Source: Octopus sinensis
Taxonomy: Eukaryota
Direction: 5' to 3'
DNA length: 64,000 nucleotides
NCBI RefSeq assembly: GCF_006345805.1
Contig: NC_043012.1
Span: 56,296,001-56,360,000 of the forward strand
The notes beneath the pieces were generated by a model. The model was given only the letters and a program-made list of their open reading frames with translations, had not been told where the DNA came from and ran no database searches. A program made the position numbers and the translations under genes. This document shows positions 59,976 through 64,000 of this stretch, in pieces. The first letter of the stretch is position 1; the number at the start of each line of letters is the position of its first letter.

Positions 59976-60289
59976 CAGTCCTTAGGCAGTGCCCTCCACT
60001 CCTCTAATTTCCCCAATGAAACAGAAAAATCGTAAATGGATACGAGACGAATATGTTTCTATATTATATTTATACTATGTAGTTATCTTTCTACCCCACA
60101 AAAGAACGATACGAGTGTGCGACTAATTGAGGCACTTGATGTTGAATTTTTTTTTTCCTTTTTTATCTATTTTTCATTCTTTTTCCATTTTTTCTCCTGG
60201 TTTTGGATTGATATTTTTAATGTGGTTTTGTATTATGTTTCATATACACACACACGTGCTATATTCCAATAAAGGAGGAGCATACACCC

Positions 60290-60331
<42 letters not shown>

Positions 60332-60334
60332 GCG

Positions 60335-62530
60335 AGTAATACATTCGTATTAAATTTGGGGGGAAAATAACCCTGATTTAGAAGAAACTTCATAACTTGA
60401 AAGACAAGCTAATTTAAGAGGACGATACCAGAGATAGAAATAGAATACTTGAATACGTAAACCAAGAATATAATGCACAAAATAAAGAAGATAACAAAAC
60501 AACAAAATCAAACGTTTGAACACGTACGGGATACTGACCAACACAAACCGGACAAGAACAAAGATGCGAATAAAAGGAAATATGAGAAAGATTCAAGAAT
60601 AGAAATTTCTAAAGATGAGAATTATGAATATGATAATAACCTATATAGATGGAAATAGTTAAAGAATTAAAATCGATAGATCTTCCAATGGACCAACGAA
60701 ATCTATCCTAAAAATAAACTTAGCGATGAAATACTAACAATAAAAATGAGAGCCTGGCCATCGCAGACATATTGAAAATAGATACAAACCTCGTTATCAC
60801 CAGATAAATGAAATAATATATGCAAAATGATAGCAGGTACAAAGGAAAATTGGTGTTTCCTTAGATCTACCCAGGCATAGGTGTGGCTGTGTGATTAAGA
60901 AATTCACTTTACAAACACGTGGTTTCGGATTCAGTCCCACATCGCGGCACTCTGACGAGTGTCTTCCACTATAGCCCCGACCGACTAATGCTTTGTGAGT
61001 GAATTCGGTAGATGGAAACTGTGTAGAATCCCATAATACAAAAATGTGCGTGTGTCTTCATTTGTTTCATACACTCACACACCGCTTGACAATGCGTTTG
61101 TCGGTTTGCATCCTTGTAACTTAGCAGTTCGGCAAAAGACACCGATAGAATGAGTACAAGACTTAATAATAAGTGCTAGGGTTGATTAATTTGACTAAAC
61201 CCCTCAAGATGGTGCAATAGCATGTCCTCGGTTCAATGACTGAAACAAGTTCAGAAAAGATTTAGTAATATTGAAACCCAACCAACATGGTAAACAAGTA
61301 TACAGACAAATAAAACATCTCTCAATACTTAAATGAAATCAATAAAGAAAAGACACAAAAATGAAAGACAAATACTACAGAAATATACCATAAAAAATAC
61401 TTATAATCAAAGAATGGTCGAAACAATAGATCCTCATTAAATTACAAAGAATCTGTCGTTATAAAAAAAAACAATAACTGTTTGTGTTCTCTTTGAATAA
61501 CACAAACAGCTAGACTCCAACCCAAGGACGAAGTAAACATAAAACAGAAATCAATACAGCACCAACAAGAGAAGTAGAAGAATTCTAGGGGGAAGTAAAG
61601 GCAGCAAAAAGATAGACAGGAAAAAAACAAAACAAAAATTATTGTATTTAAAATACACCACCCAAAATTTGACAGTCTATTTATAAATACAAGGTAGTAA
61701 GGGCTACCTACAATAAAATACTTTTATAAAATATCCAAAAATAACTAGTAAAAGATGGAAAAACTAACATAAATTTCAAAACAAGAACAAACTAGAACTA
61801 TTTTCTCTTTCCAAGGAAACCAGCAAAAATCATGAACTGTAGACTAAGCTAAACGAAAAGAAGAAGGGGGATCTCCAAAATATCCCCTTAAAACAATAGC
61901 TAGAAAAACTCCTACATCTTAGAAAAAAAATCCCCCGTGGGGAATAGTCGACGAAAAACTACATACAGGCTAAGAAGCATGAAACCAAAGGATTTTGATT
62001 AATATATAGGATGAAAACCTTCCCACTAGAAACTACCTAAAGCATATGTTGAAGCAGAATATTATCAACAACAAAAAAACTATAGAGTTATGGTTTGCAT
62101 GCACTGAAAATTATGCCAGCATTATGAAGTACCAACAGAAAGGAAATTGTATAAACATGCATCAGAAAAGTTTCAAAGACTGACAAAGCAACTATATTCT
62201 GAGAAATGCCAATACACGCAAACAAAGAGATCGAGGTTAATCAAATGAATATTGTTTTCAAGAACAACAATGAAAGGAAATGTCTCCTGACATTTAGAAG
62301 TACATTATTGTCCCAAAGGACAATAATTATCCAACTATAAAGATATAGAGATAACCAGAATGTGGGCATTGAAAACAGAAACAATCCCTATACAAAGAGA
62401 TACCTTGAAAATAATTTTAAAATATGCACATGATACTGCACACAAACAGAGTATTCAATAGAAGACACTGCATGTGCACAAGACAGCTGCACTCAATTGT
62501 GCAATAAGAATTCTAAAAATGAGACTACTA
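60335..62530 (+). mobile_element. R4/Dong-clade LINE, internally deleted, split by SINE A
   Basis: Follows (AAT)n at 60292-60331. Fragments NEIIYA, APT..VEEF, PTRNYLKHMLK and YKDIEI.RMWALKTETIP. Ends near taatgatgataat. Confidence 0.65.
60875..61255 (+). mobile_element. SINE family A
   Basis: Head ggcataggtgtggctgtgtgattaagaa, tail gatggtgcaatagcatg...tgactgaaacaagt. Confidence 0.85.
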
Positions 62531-62899
62531 AAATAATGATGATAATGATTTCTTAATTTGCCAAAAGGGCATGAAGGGACATTACAAGGACAAATTTTAA
62601 AACCAGTGGGGTTTTACACAGAATCAATGATGAAAAAGATATGAAAAACAACGGGATATAAAAGGAATGAAATGGGACACTTCAAGCTGAGAGTTTAGCC
62701 ATCAAGGTCAATGAAGAAATTCCATAGATCCAGGATTACTCTGACTACGAAGGGCTATGTTCTCTGGCCAGTATGCACATTCTGAGAGTAGATTTATTCA
62801 CATTCAATGTTCTTATCCACCTTTCATCAAATTCACTGGAAGGTAACATCTCCTTCTCTACTCTTTTTTTCCCTCCAAGTTAATGAACAGTTAACCAAA

Positions 62900-63360
62900 A
62901 AGGAAAGAGTCTGTTTAGTCCTTTTGGTCTTTTTCATACAATCACTTTTGCCATAAGCACCAGTTAGTGGAAAACTGCTTGCCCATTTCAGTCAAAGGAA
63001 GGTGGTGGTGTGATCCAATGCATGAAAAACAGAAAGACTGCATAAAGAGCTTAAATGCTAGCAAATATCAGCAATTAATAAATAAAGCAATATTAGAATA
63101 GTATGGACAGAATTATGATCTACATATTGCCTGGATAGATTACAAAAAGCCTACCACAGTATCTTGTATTCATGAATTATGGATCACTGGAAATTTCTAA
63201 ATTATCACCAATGGTTACAAGGTTTATGAAAGTTAGTATGAGATTGAGAACAAAAATAATATTTAATCTGAGGGAAGGAGTTCTAAAATCAGATACAATT
63301 TACATCAGAAATGGGGTTTCAGATTTCCCTATCATCACTGCTCTGGCTCTCACTTTTCAT
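62900..63360 (+). mobile_element. R4/Dong-clade RT fragment
   Basis: KYQQLINKAILE...DLHIAWIDYKK...SLEISKLSPMVTRFMKVSM...IYIRNG. Confidence 0.75.
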
Positions 63361-64000
63361 TGAGTACATCCCTAAATTCTACAGAGTGTGTAGAACCAAG
63401 ATATGCTACTTGCTGCTATATAAAGGCAGTGCTAATAAGAGAGTGTGATAGCCATAGTATTTATCAGGGATCCCATCACTAATTAAAAAAATAAGAAGTA
63501 CAGAAAAAATTTTCTTTTGTAGGTGGTAAGTATAGTTTGTGTGTGTGTATAGCAGTTAGTTGTCTAATATACATATCAAATAAAACCATCCTTCTGCATT
63601 CAGTGAATTTCAAAATAATCAATGATACAGTAATATGTTTACATATATTACCAGGGGTCCCAGATATGTTATACACGCGAATATATTGAAAACATCAAAC
63701 TAAATGTCAGTTCAAAGACACAGCCAGAAAACGGTTTCCAGCTTGTAAATCAATATAAATTTTGGGATTGACAATCAAAGCAGGCTGACCAAGTTAGTAA
63801 ACACTGACAACAAATTTATAGCAATTATCTGATATCAAAATGAACTTTATGCTTGTGAACAACATATGACATTCATGATCGGTGTTCCACCCCTTGCATG
63901 ACCAGATATATCGTGATTACATCATGATAGGTTGCACCCTATTTTACAAAACAAGTCAGTCATTAACTTCATCAACCAATGAGTGATTATTAGTGTTTCT

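Overview
AT-rich, microsatellite- and retroposon-dense animal DNA, most consistent with an octopus (coleoid cephalopod) genome. This is an inference from the SINE families and the (TA/CA/AAT)n load; no taxonomic search was run. There are two host-gene candidates, both on the minus strand. (i) A type-I membrane protein with signal peptide, Ser/Thr-rich stalk, one I-set Ig domain, a TM helix and a 16-aa tail (32511-33631). Its coding exon is broken by a single -1 frame change at an A7 run. (ii) A 503-codon orphan ORF (12175-13686) with a few candidate upstream exons. Nearly everything else is repeat-derived. tRNA-headed SINEs: 'family A' and 'family B' are my working labels, plus two minor families. 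Non-LTR elements: R4/Dong, RTE, CR1, Tx1/L1 and Penelope fragments, plus an ORF1-only (HAL1-like) element. LTR elements: a decayed Gypsy and an isolated LTR with a PBS-like sequence. DNA elements: Tc1, mariner, pogo DD35D, maT-like, hAT and Tc1/mariner MITEs, and two non-autonomous Helitrons. Best leads: a shared 3' tail linking the Tx1 LINE, the ORF1-only element and SINE B; a Penelope-type minimal hammerhead motif; and an apparent CpG-poor/CpG-rich boundary near 29.6 kb. Repeat boundaries were read by eye and are approximate (+/- 10-30 bp) unless termini are quoted. No CRISPR, rRNA or genuine tRNA gene was seen.
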